Below are positions 1 through 9,140 of a DNA stretch of 64,000 bases, piece by piece. Below the pieces are notes generated by a model. The model ran no database searches. It saw nothing but the letters and a program-made list of their open reading frames with translations, and had not been told where the DNA came from. The DNA is taken from NCBI RefSeq assembly GCF_019449565.1, contig NZ_JAGRPM010000019.1:12838-76837 (forward strand), written 5' to 3'. The translations under genes and the position numbers were made by a program. Within the stretch, counting starts at the first letter, position 1, and every line of letters starts with the position of its first letter. Source of the DNA: Rhodoblastus sp. (GTDB lineage Bacteria; Pseudomonadota; Alphaproteobacteria; Rhizobiales; Beijerinckiaceae).

Positions 1-2
1 AG

Positions 3-971
3 GCGCCGTTCATCACGCCGACCGCCACTTCGTCCGGACGCCGTTCGGCTTTGGCGAACTGGGTCGCCAGCAGGGAAAATCCGCTGACCTCCCGCGTCTA
101 CGCCAACCGCGTCTGGAGCCAGTATTTCTCCTATGGCATCGTCCGCACGGTGAGTGATTTCGGCAAGGCGGGCGATCGTCCGACCAATCCGGAACTGCTC
201 GATTATCTGGCGGATTCCTTCGCCGGAAATGGCTGGAGCGTGAAGGCGTTGCATCGCCAGATCCTGCTGTCCAACACCTATCGCCAGTCTTCCGAGCCCC
301 GCGAGGAAGTGGCGAAGGCCGATCCCGACAACAAGCTTCTGGCGGTGTTCCCGCGCCAGCGCCTTGAGGCCGAGGAAATCCGCGACGCGCTGCTCGTTGC
401 GTCCGGCAAGCTGGAGGATCGCGTCGGCGGCCCGAGCGTGTTCCCTCCCGTCCCGGCAAATCTTGGCGCCGGTCAGGCCTGGCAGGTGTCTAAGGATCCC
501 AAGGATTGGTATCGCCGCAGCGTCTACATCTTCACGCGCCGCAGCGTTCCCTATCCGCTGCTCGAAGCCTTCAACGCGCCAAACACACAGCAGGTCCACA
601 GCACCCGCGAAGTGACGACGACCCCGTTGCAGGCGCTGGCGCTGATCAATGACGACGCGGTGTTCCAGCTGACGCAGGCGATCGCCGGCCGCGTGATCCA
701 GGAAGCGGGACCGGACGAGACGGCGCAGTTCAACCGCCTCTTCCAGATTCTGTTCAGCCGCGATGCCGACGATTACGAGAAGGCGGCTCTGACCCGCTTC
801 CTTGACGATCATCAGAAGGTCATCACCAGAAGAATCTTCGACGGCAAGTTCTCGCTCGCCCAGCCGATCGCGCTGAAGGAAGACGAGAACCCCAATCCCA
901 TCCGCGCGGCGGCTTTCGTGGATCTCGTCCACACCGTCGTGAATTCCAACGACTTCGTCTACCGCTTCTGA
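3..971 (+). CDS. DUF1553 (PSD1) domain protein, 5'-truncated by window edge
   Basis: Frame is open from base 3 (..SSGRRSALANW). Motifs NPLTSRVYANRVW, G...PTNPELLDYLA, RLEAEEIRDALL, RRSVY and TTPLQALAL are typical of DUF1549/DUF1553 proteins. Confidence 0.85.
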   Translation, partial: APFITPTATSSGRRSALANWVASRENPLTSRVYANRVWSQYFSYGIVRTVSDFGKAGDRPTNPELLDYLADSFAGNGWSVKALHRQILLSNTYRQSSEPREEVAKADPDNKLLAVFPRQRLEAEEIRDALLVASGKLEDRVGGPSVFPPVPANLGAGQAWQVSKDPKDWYRRSVYIFTRRSVPYPLLEAFNAPNTQQVHSTREVTTTPLQALALINDDAVFQLTQAIAGRVIQEAGPDETAQFNRLFQILFSRDADDYEKAALTRFLDDHQKVITRRIFDGKFSLAQPIALKEDENPNPIRAAAFVDLVHTVVNSNDFVYRF

Positions 972-1004
972 TTTTCCGCAAATTCGAGAACAAGGACTGC
1001 CCAG

Positions 1005-2444
1005 ATGACCAATCAATCAAGACGCCAGATGCTGTTTCGGACCGGCTTCGGACTCGGGGGCCTCACCCTCAGCTCGATGATGCCGGGCGGCGGCATTTTC
1101 GCCGCCAGCGCCGCCTCGCTGGTCGATCCGCTCGCCCCGAAGGACCCCCATTTCGCCGCCAAGGCGAAATCGGTGATCTGGCTGCACATGGATGGCGCGC
1201 CGAGCACGCTCGACCTGTTCGACTACAAGCCGGAATTGATCCGCCTCGCCGGTCAGGAAGTGCCGGCTTCCTTCCTGCAGGGCATCAAGACCTCGACCCA
1301 GGGCGGCGTCGGCAAGCTCTACGCCTCGAACCGCAGCTGGAAACAATATGGCCAGAGCGGCGCCTGGTTCTCCGACCTGTTGCCGAACATCGCCCAGCAC
1401 GCCGACAAGATTGCCTTCATCAAGAACAGCAAGACGGTCGGCGCGACGCATGACATTTCGATCCTGAAACTCAACACCGGCGATGTGCAGCCGGGCCGCC
1501 CCTCGCTCGGCGCCTGGGTCGCCTATGCGCTCGGCGCGGCCAATCCCGATCTGCCCGGCTATGTCGTGCTCTATGACGGCAATCGCGAGCCGACCGGCGG
1601 CTCCGTCAACTGGAGCTCCGGCTTCCTGCCGGCGGTCTATCAGGGCACCGCGTTCCGTCCCGGCGATTCGCCCATCATCGATCTCGAACATCCTGAACTG
1701 GTCTCGGACCCGCAGCAGCGCGAGGAGCTGAACCTGCTGAAGGCGCTGAACGATCATCGCTCGGCCCTGCGTCCCGAGGACACCGAACTTCAGGCCCGCG
1801 CGCGCTCCTATGAACTCGCCTATCGCATGGAGAAATCGGCGCCGGAAGCGATTGACCTGGCCAAGGAGAACGACGCGACCAAGGAGCTTTACGGCCTCAA
1901 CGACAATGCCACGAAGGGTTATGGAACGAACCTGCTGCGCGCCCGCCGCCTTGTCGAACGCGGCGTCCGCTTCATCCAGGTGGTGTCGGGCCCTGTAGCC
2001 GATACTGGCGGCGTGGATCGCAACTGGGACGCCCATTCGGCGCTCGAAAAGAACCATGGCGCGCATACGCGAAAGGTGGACAAGCCCATCGCCGGCCTGC
2101 TGCAGGACCTGAAGGACCGCGGCCTGCTCGACACCACGCTGGTGGTCTGGACCTCGGAATTCGGCCGCACTTCTTACGGCCAGTCCGGAGACGGGCGCGA
2201 CCATAATCCCTGGGGCTACACGCAGTGGCTCGCGGGCGGCGGTTCGAAGGCCGGCTATACCCATGGCGCGACCGACGAGATCGGCCTGCGTTCGATCGGG
2301 ACCGGTGTCGACACCTATGACCTCCACGCCACGGTTCTCAACCTGTTGGGCCTCGACCACCTCAAGGTGACCTATCTCCGTGGCGGCCGCCGCGAGCGCC
2401 CGACCGTCGTCTATGGCGACGTCGTGCGTGAGCTGATCGCCTGA
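1005..2444 (+). CDS. DUF1501 family protein (sulfatase-like fold), Tat signal
   Basis: SRRQML Tat motif; AKAKSVIWLHMDGAPS, DLFDYKP, RPSLGAW, RRLVERGVRF, EFGRT and GRDHNP motifs; follows DUF1553 as usual. Confidence 0.88.
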   Translation: MTNQSRRQMLFRTGFGLGGLTLSSMMPGGGIFAASAASLVDPLAPKDPHFAAKAKSVIWLHMDGAPSTLDLFDYKPELIRLAGQEVPASFLQGIKTSTQGGVGKLYASNRSWKQYGQSGAWFSDLLPNIAQHADKIAFIKNSKTVGATHDISILKLNTGDVQPGRPSLGAWVAYALGAANPDLPGYVVLYDGNREPTGGSVNWSSGFLPAVYQGTAFRPGDSPIIDLEHPELVSDPQQREELNLLKALNDHRSALRPEDTELQARARSYELAYRMEKSAPEAIDLAKENDATKELYGLNDNATKGYGTNLLRARRLVERGVRFIQVVSGPVADTGGVDRNWDAHSALEKNHGAHTRKVDKPIAGLLQDLKDRGLLDTTLVVWTSEFGRTSYGQSGDGRDHNPWGYTQWLAGGGSKAGYTHGATDEIGLRSIGTGVDTYDLHATVLNLLGLDHLKVTYLRGGRRERPTVVYGDVVRELIA

Positions 2445-2556
2445 GAAAATTAGCGCCGAAACCAAGGCCGCCTGGAAGGTCATCCTTCCAGGCGTTTCTT
2501 CGCCTGGCGTCCTGCCGGGAGCGAACGCAATTCACAGACGGGAAATCAAGGCTCAA

Positions 2557-2967
2557 ATGCGGAAAATGCTGATGCTTTCGACGCTGGCCGCGATGATCGG
2601 CGCAGCGCCGGTTCTGGCCCAACGCGTCACGATCGATCTCAAGGATTACGACGACGATCTGATGCACGATATCGACCGCGCGCTCAAAAATTTTGAGCCG
2701 GATATCTCCGGGCAGAACGCCGAGGCGGCGCGCGACGATGTCGCGGAATTGCGCCGTGGCTTCACCTATACCGAAGATTATTTCACGAAGAAGGGCAACA
2801 CGCCCGACGCGGTCGAGATCTCGCGGCAGGGGTTGCAATTGCTCGAAGCCGTGGTGAAGGATCTGGACGCGCAGAATTTCGATTCCGCCGCCGAAACCGC
2901 CCGCGACGTCTCGAAAGCGTGCCGGAGCTGCCACGACACCTATAAGCCCGACAAGGCGCGGTTCTAG
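2557..2967 (+). CDS. Secreted class II cytochrome c (cytochrome c'-like)
   Basis: Signal peptide, helical body, C-terminal CRSCH haem motif. Confidence 0.75.
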   Translation: MRKMLMLSTLAAMIGAAPVLAQRVTIDLKDYDDDLMHDIDRALKNFEPDISGQNAEAARDDVAELRRGFTYTEDYFTKKGNTPDAVEISRQGLQLLEAVVKDLDAQNFDSAAETARDVSKACRSCHDTYKPDKARF

Positions 2968-2971
2968 CGCC

Positions 2972-3766
2972 ATGCCGCTTGGGCCTGATGCGCGCCCGGG
3001 GCGCCCGACCGTCGTTTTGTTCGACCTTGACGACACCCTGCTCGACCATGGGAAGGCGATGCGTCAGGCGGTCGATCATGTCCACGCGGCCTTTCGGCTC
3101 GCCGCCTCGCTCGACGAGTTCCACCGGAATTGGTCCGACGCGTCAGAGCGTCACTACAGCCGCTACCTCGCCGGGGAAATCAGTTTCGCGGAGCAAAGGC
3201 GCGCCCGGGTGCGCGACGCCGTCGGGCAGGGGCTGAGCGTTGGTGCGGTCGATGAAATTCTTGGGCAATTCATTGCGGAATATGAGCGCCGCTGGATTTT
3301 GTTCGACGACGTCTTGCCCTGTCTCCAATCCTTGTCAGGCTTTCGCCTGGGGCTGCTGTCGAACGGCGCCGCCCGGGAGCAAAGGCGCAAGCTGGCGTCG
3401 CTGGGCCTGCTGTCGTGTTTTGAAATCGTCCTGACCTCGGAAGAGGCGGGCGCCGCCAAGCCGGACGCGGCGATTTTCCTGCGCGCCTGCGAGGCCTTGG
3501 GTGTCGCGCCCGCCGAGGCTATCTATGTCGGCGATCGCTGTGATCTGGACGCCGTCGCGGCCCGTCGCGCGGGGCTGGATGGCGTGTGGCTGAACCGACG
3601 CCGCAAGGGGCATCCGCTCGCCGCGACTGTCAACGCCATCGCCGGGCTCGACGAACTGGCGCCGCTGCTTAGAGAGCGGGCGCGAAAAATCATTGGCGCG
3701 TTGAAATTGAACCGGCGCGCTCTCAGAATTCCGCCGCGTCCGCCGCCGCCGAGGGGGCGTGGGTGA
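2972..3766 (+). CDS. HAD-family hydrolase (YjjG/YigB-like)
   Basis: FDLDDTL motif I, LSNG, KPDAAIF, YVGDRCDLD. The 3' end overlaps the convergent cytochrome b gene by 44 nt. Confidence 0.85.
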   Translation: MPLGPDARPGRPTVVLFDLDDTLLDHGKAMRQAVDHVHAAFRLAASLDEFHRNWSDASERHYSRYLAGEISFAEQRRARVRDAVGQGLSVGAVDEILGQFIAEYERRWILFDDVLPCLQSLSGFRLGLLSNGAAREQRRKLASLGLLSCFEIVLTSEEAGAAKPDAAIFLRACEALGVAPAEAIYVGDRCDLDAVAARRAGLDGVWLNRRRKGHPLAATVNAIAGLDELAPLLRERARKIIGALKLNRRALRIPPRPPPPRGRG

Positions 3767-4469
3767 CGATGACCACGAGAATGGCGGCCAAACCCACAAC
3801 CAGCAAAACCGCAAGCCAGGTCCGCGACCCCCGGATCGCTTCCCCGGAGGGCACGACGTGTTGCGGCTTGCGCCCCGTGATCATGGCGCGCGCCAGATTT
3901 TCATTCTTGAAAATCTTGTGGCCGATCACCGCCAGAACATGCAGCGCCACGGCGCCCGCCAGCCAGTAGAACAGCTTGCGGTGGATCGAGGTCGCCTCAA
4001 GGCTGAAATCCTTCGTGACATACCCCACGAGCGGCCCGACGTTGAAAATCTCGTCATTGCCGAACAGACCCAGCACGGCCTGCGCCGCCAGCGCGCCAAG
4101 CAGCGTGAGCACCATCAGCGCGCCCAGCGGATTATGGCCGGGATAATGGGCGTCCTTGCCCGCCGCCAGATCGCGCACATAGGCCAGGGTTTCCGAGGGG
4201 CCGCGTAAAAAATTCCGGAACAGCGCGTGGCGCGTGCCGACGAGGCCCCAGACGATGCGAAACGCGACCAGCACGATGACGGCGTAGCCGGACCAGACAT
4301 GATATTTGAAATAAGCGACGCCCAGCCTGTTGGTCACGAAAGCCGTCACGATGGCGGCGACGAGCGACCAGTGAAAAATCCGCACCGGCAGATCCCAAAC
4401 CTGCCGCTCCGCCACGGCGGGCTCCTGCGCGGTCGAGACGGAGTTCAGGGATTCTTCATAGGAGGTCAT
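3723..4469 (-). CDS. Cytochrome b/b6 domain protein (Ni/Fe-hydrogenase b-type family)
   Basis: VWDLPVRIFHW, HVWSGY, GHNPLG and AMITG motifs; several TM helices. Confidence 0.88.
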   Translation of the reverse strand: MTSYEESLNSVSTAQEPAVAERQVWDLPVRIFHWSLVAAIVTAFVTNRLGVAYFKYHVWSGYAVIVLVAFRIVWGLVGTRHALFRNFLRGPSETLAYVRDLAAGKDAHYPGHNPLGALMVLTLLGALAAQAVLGLFGNDEIFNVGPLVGYVTKDFSLEATSIHRKLFYWLAGAVALHVLAVIGHKIFKNENLARAMITGRKPQHVVPSGEAIRGSRTWLAVLLVVGLAAILVVIVTHAPSAAADAAEF

Positions 4470-4604
4470 GGACGTCGCGCTTGCGCTTGGGTTGGAAGGT
4501 CTTGGGTTTGAGAGATCCGGACGGGCGCGCCCGTGGGGCGATACAGTTGCGCCCGTCCGAGGCCGGGCCCAGCGCGGGAGGACGCCGGGCGCGGGGAGGC
4601 CGCC

Positions 4605-5150
4605 TTATTTCAGCTTGAACTCGTCGTGGCAGGACTTGCAGTCCTGTGCGACCGCGCCGAGCGCGGTCTTGAACGAATCCGTCAGGCCCTTGTCCTTTTC
4701 GTTGATGTCGGACAGCGCGACCAGATGGTCCTGAAAATCCTTCAGGCTCTTCTGGAATTCAGCGTGCTTGGTCCAGACTTCCGGCTTGGCCTTGGTGTCC
4801 GGCTCGCCGATGTTCGAGTTTTCAGGGAAAGCCTCGTTCAGCAGGCCGGACAGGAACAGGACGCGGGTGATGCGCTTGTTGACTTCGGCGGCGTCATAGG
4901 GGCCGCCGTCCTTCAGGATCGCGCCGAGCGGACGGAAATTCGCGCCGATCAGCTTGAAAATGGATTTGCGGACATCGGCGGCCTGGCGGGCGGCGTTAGC
5001 GCCGCCGGCGGCAGGGGCAGGCGCCGCCGCAGGGGCGGGGGCCGGTGCGGGCGCGTTCTGGGCCTCCGCGACCAGCGCGCCGCAGGCGCTCGTAGCGAGC
5101 GCCAAGCCTAAAATGGCGGCGCGGCGCCGCTTCGACACATGCGAGATCAT
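4605..5150 (-). CDS. Cytochrome c' / c556
   Basis: Signal peptide, T.AKPEVW motif, C-terminal CKSCH; adjacent to cytochrome b. Confidence 0.88.
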   Translation of the reverse strand: MISHVSKRRRAAILGLALATSACGALVAEAQNAPAPAPAPAAAPAPAAGGANAARQAADVRKSIFKLIGANFRPLGAILKDGGPYDAAEVNKRITRVLFLSGLLNEAFPENSNIGEPDTKAKPEVWTKHAEFQKSLKDFQDHLVALSDINEKDKGLTDSFKTALGAVAQDCKSCHDEFKLK

Positions 5151-5192
5151 CTTTAGAAAACTCCTTCGATTGTGGTTTGATCTGTTTCGATT

Positions 5193-6097
5193 TCAGCCGC
5201 GCAAAACGCGGTTGAAGAGAGCAAGGGTTCGCTCCCAGGCCAATTTGGCGGCCGCCTCGTCGAAACGCGGGGTGGTGTCGTTGTTGAAGCCGTGCTCGAC
5301 GCCGGGATAGATGTAGGCCTGATATTTGACGCCGGCCTTTTCCAGCGCGGCCTCATAGGCGGGCCAGCCAGCGTTGATGCGCTCATCCTTGCCCGCGAAT
5401 TGCAGAGCCAACTCGGCCTTGATGTCGGCGACCTTGTCGAGCTGCGGCGCCGCTCCATAGAAGGGAACGCCAGCGGCGAGCGTCGGCAGGCTGACCGCCA
5501 GGAAATTGACGATCCCGCCGCCGTAGCAGAAGCCGACCGCGCCCAGCTTGCCATTGCCGTCGGGCAGGGCGCGCGCGAAATTGGCGGCGGCGATGAAGTC
5601 CTCGCGGGTCTTGGTTTGGTCGAGCTTGGTGAAAAGCTCGCGCGCGGCGTCCTCATTGCCGGGATATCCGCCCAGCGGGAAGAGGGCGTCGGGCGCGAAG
5701 GCGATGAAATTATCGACCGCGAGCCGCCGCGCGATATCCTCGATATGCGGATTGAGGCCGCGATTCTCGTGGATGACGAGGACGACCGGGAGCTTGCCTT
5801 CCGCCTTGGCGGGGCGCGCCAGAAGCCCACGCACCTTGCCGAAACCAGGGGCGATTCGATCTCGACGAATTCGGTCTTGATGCGGGGATCCGTCGGCGCG
5901 ATTTTCTGCGCGGCGGCGAAGCGCGGGTTCAGCGCGTCGAGCAATTCGATGGCGGTGGCCCCGCTGAGCGCCGCATAGGTCGACGCGCCCTTCAGAAAGC
6001 CGCGCCGGGACGTCAGCCCATGCACATATTTGTCGAAAAGCCGCAGCACCTCGGGATGGAAATCGGTGGCCTGCGTCAGTTTCTTCTTGTCGTTCAT
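5193..6097 (-). pseudogene. YghX-like dienelactone hydrolase with a -1 frameshift near 5845
   Basis: The N-terminus (LFDKYVHG..SRRGFL) is in ORF 5153-6097. The catalytic part (HENRGLNPHI, GFCYGG, HGFNND) is in ORF 5193-5834. One extra G at CCCCTG(G)GTTTC would give a continuous ESPLGFGKVRGLLARP. May be a sequencing error. Confidence 0.75.
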
Positions 6098-6125
6098 TTT
6101 GGCGTCTCCGGCGCTTTCGCCGCGA

Positions 6126-6605
6126 TCAGGGTTTGGGCGCGGCGGGAGCGGTCTGGACAGCGGCTTCGCGCGGCGGCGGCGCGACGATCTTCACGATGGT
6201 CCCGCCTTCCTGCTCGTAAACCTGGGAGCCGACGGCGCCGACGACCTTGAAGCCCTTCTCGCTCAGCAGGTCGCCCGCTTTTCCAGCGCGGCCCGCATGG
6301 TTGGAGACCGTGACGATGGGGCGATCCTTCGGGATGAAGGCAAGGTTCTTTTCCAGCTCGTCGATCTGGACATTCAGATAGACGGGGAAGGTGCCGATCT
6401 TGGAGATCTCGTCGGGACGGCGCAGATCGATGAACAGGACGTGGCTGGGATCGGCGAGCAGGCCGTCGATGGCGGCGCGATGCAGCTCGGGCGTCTTGTA
6501 ATTATAGACAAACGCGGCCCGCGCAGGCGCCGCCGCCGGCGTCTGGGCCAGGGCGGGAGCGGCGAAGGTTGCGGAGAGGAGAAGAAGCGGCAAAATCTTG
6601 CGCAT
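6126..6605 (-). CDS. Secreted rhodanese-like domain protein
   Basis: Signal peptide; IDLRRPDE and IVTVSNHAGRA rhodanese-fold motifs, with Ser in place of the usual active Cys. Confidence 0.7.
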   Translation of the reverse strand: MRKILPLLLLSATFAAPALAQTPAAAPARAAFVYNYKTPELHRAAIDGLLADPSHVLFIDLRRPDEISKIGTFPVYLNVQIDELEKNLAFIPKDRPIVTVSNHAGRAGKAGDLLSEKGFKVVGAVGSQVYEQEGGTIVKIVAPPPREAAVQTAPAAPKP

Positions 6606-6631
6606 GAGGGTTCCTGGATTAGGTAAGATTT

Positions 6632-6663
6632 ACATAAAGCCTATCGACTAAATAGTATTATGT
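6632..6663. promoter_or_regulatory. 32-bp AT-rich pseudo-palindrome, copy 1 (putative operator)
   Basis: ACATAAAG-CCTATCGACTAAATAG-TATTATGT, just upstream of the rhodanese gene; 22/32 identical to 8859-8890. Confidence 0.55.
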
Positions 6664-6722
6664 CGGGACTTTTGCCTGCGCGCAACCCCGCACGGCGCGA
6701 AAATCGCGACATGCCCGCAAAG

Positions 6723-7274
6723 TCAGGGCTTGTGCTGTTCGCGCCACTGGCGCACGGCCGCCAGGGTGTTTTCGATATGCTTTTCGGGCGCGGAATCCTG
6801 ATAGGCGTAGATGATCTTGCCATCGGGCGCGATCACATAGGAGATCCGGTCGGCGACCATGGCGCCGGAGGCGCTGGGCTTGGTGCGCAGGGCGTCATAG
6901 GAGCGAATGACGGCGGCGTCGGGATCGGCGGCGACCGGGAATTTGTCGCGGCACTCTTTCGAGGAAAAGTCGATCTGGGTTTCGATGGTGTCGGACGACA
7001 GGCCGATCAGCGATGCGCCCGCCGCGGCGAAGTTCTCGGCGTTCTCGGCGAAATCATGCGCCTCGATGGTGCAGCCCTTGGTGAAGGACTTCGGGTAGAA
7101 ATAAAGGACCACGGGGCCCTTTTTCAGCGCCTCCGACAGCCTGAAGGTGAAGCTCTTGCCGGCTAACGCCGCCTGCAAGGTGAAGTCCGGAGCGGGGTCG
7201 CCATCCTTGAGCGCCGCGAGGGCGGCGGTGGAAAGCAGGGCGCAAAACAAGGCGCCAGCGAAAAGGGGTTTCAT
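6723..7274 (-). CDS. Peroxiredoxin (BCP/AhpC-TSA) with signal peptide
   Basis: GPVVLYFYPKSFTKGCTIEA peroxidatic motif. Confidence 0.9.
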   Translation of the reverse strand: MKPLFAGALFCALLSTAALAALKDGDPAPDFTLQAALAGKSFTFRLSEALKKGPVVLYFYPKSFTKGCTIEAHDFAENAENFAAAGASLIGLSSDTIETQIDFSSKECRDKFPVAADPDAAVIRSYDALRTKPSASGAMVADRISYVIAPDGKIIYAYQDSAPEKHIENTLAAVRQWREQHKP

Positions 7275-7414
7275 GGCTCGCTCCGTTGACATTCAGATAA
7301 CAGCAGATGGGCGGGATGTTGGGGCGCTTCAATGGCGATGGGAAAAATGCGCAATCCGGCGCTGCGCCCCCGTTTGAAAGGCGCGACGCCGGGCTGCCAG
7401 GGGGCGGCTTTTTC

Positions 7415-7942
7415 CTATTTCAAGCGCGCCTGAATCTTCTCCACGCCTGCCTTGGCGTAGGCCTCGTCCTTGTCCGAGCCTCGCGCGCCGCCGACGCCGA
7501 TGACGCCGATCACCTCGTCATTGACCTTGATGAGCACGGCTCCCGCGCGCGCCAGATAGTTCGGGTTGGCGGCGATTTTGTCGGCGAGATCCTTATTGGT
7601 TTTCACCTCTTCCGCCAGCTGGCCCGACGGCTCCTTGAAGGCGAGCGCGGCCTGCGCTTTGAAATTACTATTCTGTACGGCGCGAGGCCCAGTGCCGTCG
7701 GACACCAGCACCGCCTTGAGGACTCCGGCGGAATCGATCACGCTGACGGCGATCTTCTGGTCCGCCGCCTTGGCGGCCTCCAGCGCCGTTTGAGCGGCTT
7801 CAATGGCGAGATCGAGCGCCGGTCCGCGCGCGGGCGGCGGTGGCGGGTTTTGCGGCGCCCCGACCGGGGCGGGCGCGCCCTGCGCAAGCGCGGCGCCGGC
7901 GGAAGCCAAAAAGAACAGAAGGGAAGGGCTAAGCTTTTTCAT
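7415..7942 (-). CDS. GlcG/HbpS family haem-binding protein, secreted
   Basis: AVSVIDSAG..K, KAQAA, GAVLI..EVIGVIGVGGA....DEAYAKAG. Confidence 0.82.
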   Translation of the reverse strand: MKKLSPSLLFFLASAGAALAQGAPAPVGAPQNPPPPPARGPALDLAIEAAQTALEAAKAADQKIAVSVIDSAGVLKAVLVSDGTGPRAVQNSNFKAQAALAFKEPSGQLAEEVKTNKDLADKIAANPNYLARAGAVLIKVNDEVIGVIGVGGARGSDKDEAYAKAGVEKIQARLK

Positions 7943-7987
7943 TTTTCGTTTCTCGGGAGTTGCGGAGGTTTGACGAAATTGGTCACG

Positions 7988-8713
7988 TCAATATTTCGCG
8001 GCGGCGACAGTGGTTTCCGCAGCTCCAAATTTATAGGTAATGCCGGCCCGGACGACGCTGGTGCTGTAGCTTTCCGAAAAAACCTTGGGGGAGTTCAGCA
8101 GGTTGTTCGTGTTGCTGGCGAAGTTGTAATAGCGATATTCAAGTCGCGCGGACCATTTATTGTTGATCGCATATTCAACGCCGGCGCCGACGTCATAACC
8201 ATTGATCGCGTTGGAAACCCCGGCGACCTGAGTGCCGGCGACGTTCAAGGCGGTGTTGTTGGCGAGGAAGGCATAGCCGCCGATGGCATAGACCAGATAA
8301 TTCTTGACGGCGTAGCCCAGCCGTCCGTCGGCGGAGGCAAGCCAGTCATGATAGGATCTAACGGTAAAGGCTTTCGGAGCGTAAGGTACGGAGCTGCTCA
8401 GATTTCCCTCGACGCTCAGGAAATCGAACGATCCCTGTACGCCGAAAACGAGCGAATTAACCTGGTAATTATAGCCAAAATGGGCGCCGCCAATGAAGCC
8501 GTCATTGCGCCAGCTCGAGCTATAGGCGGCCGAGGGCAGGTTGAAATCGGTCGAGCCAAATGCGCCGCCCGCCTGTGCGCCGCCATAGGGGCCGGTCCAG
8601 TTGACGGACTCCGGCGCGAAGGCGGGAGGGGCTTTCTGCGCAGGCAGATCAGCCGCGGCGGCGGCGCCCGTCAGCGCGGAGAAGGCCAGAAGGAAAAGCG
8701 TGAATTTGCGCAT
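7988..8713 (-). CDS. Omp25/RopB-type outer-membrane beta-barrel protein
   Basis: AADLP..KAPP, NWTGPYGG, GAGVEYAI..KWSARLEYRY, RAGITYKF. Confidence 0.88.
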   Translation of the reverse strand: MRKFTLFLLAFSALTGAAAAADLPAQKAPPAFAPESVNWTGPYGGAQAGGAFGSTDFNLPSAAYSSSWRNDGFIGGAHFGYNYQVNSLVFGVQGSFDFLSVEGNLSSSVPYAPKAFTVRSYHDWLASADGRLGYAVKNYLVYAIGGYAFLANNTALNVAGTQVAGVSNAINGYDVGAGVEYAINNKWSARLEYRYYNFASNTNNLLNSPKVFSESYSTSVVRAGITYKFGAAETTVAAAKY

Positions 8714-8858
8714 GGTTTGTGTTCCTGAATTGAACTCTCTCGCGGAGGCGGACATTGTTTTTTGCTGACGCCGGCCCGCCGGGTCGGGCGGATCGGCGGC
8801 GGTCTTGGGAGCGACCATCGAAGAGCGCGCCGGTGTCTTTGGTAGCCTGAATTAAAAC

Positions 8859-8890
8859 ATATAAATCCTATCAAGATAATATATTTATAT
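8859..8890. promoter_or_regulatory. 32-bp AT-rich pseudo-palindrome, copy 2
   Basis: ATATAAAT-CCTATCAAGATAATAT-ATTTATAT; perfect 8-bp outer inverted repeat in the divergent intergenic region. Confidence 0.55.
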
Positions 8891-9140
8891 GCAAGCGATT
8901 ATCGTTGCGTGGCGCCGGATATGCAAAAATTTCGGGGCGATCGGCTGCTCGGCGCGCTTCGCCCCTGCAGGAGGTTCGGGCGAGCCCCGCCGCAGGCGAT
9001 CTTCACACCGGTCTGGCGCGGGCGCGCTTTACGTTCCGCGAGGGGAGGCTGGAGAAAGGCCTGTCGGGATCGAGGTCTTTGGCAGGACAATTGCTTGCGT
9101 CGTTCAAATGCGCAAACCTCGCGGTTTGCGCTCCGATCCG

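Noticed and set aside
4519-4558. REP-like repeat family
   Set aside because: A single 10-bp-stem intergenic hairpin with no second copy seen; probably an mRNA stability element.
5840-5852. Programmed ribosomal frameshift
   Set aside because: No slippery heptamer or stimulatory structure; a simple homopolymer indel explains it, as at 57209-57211.
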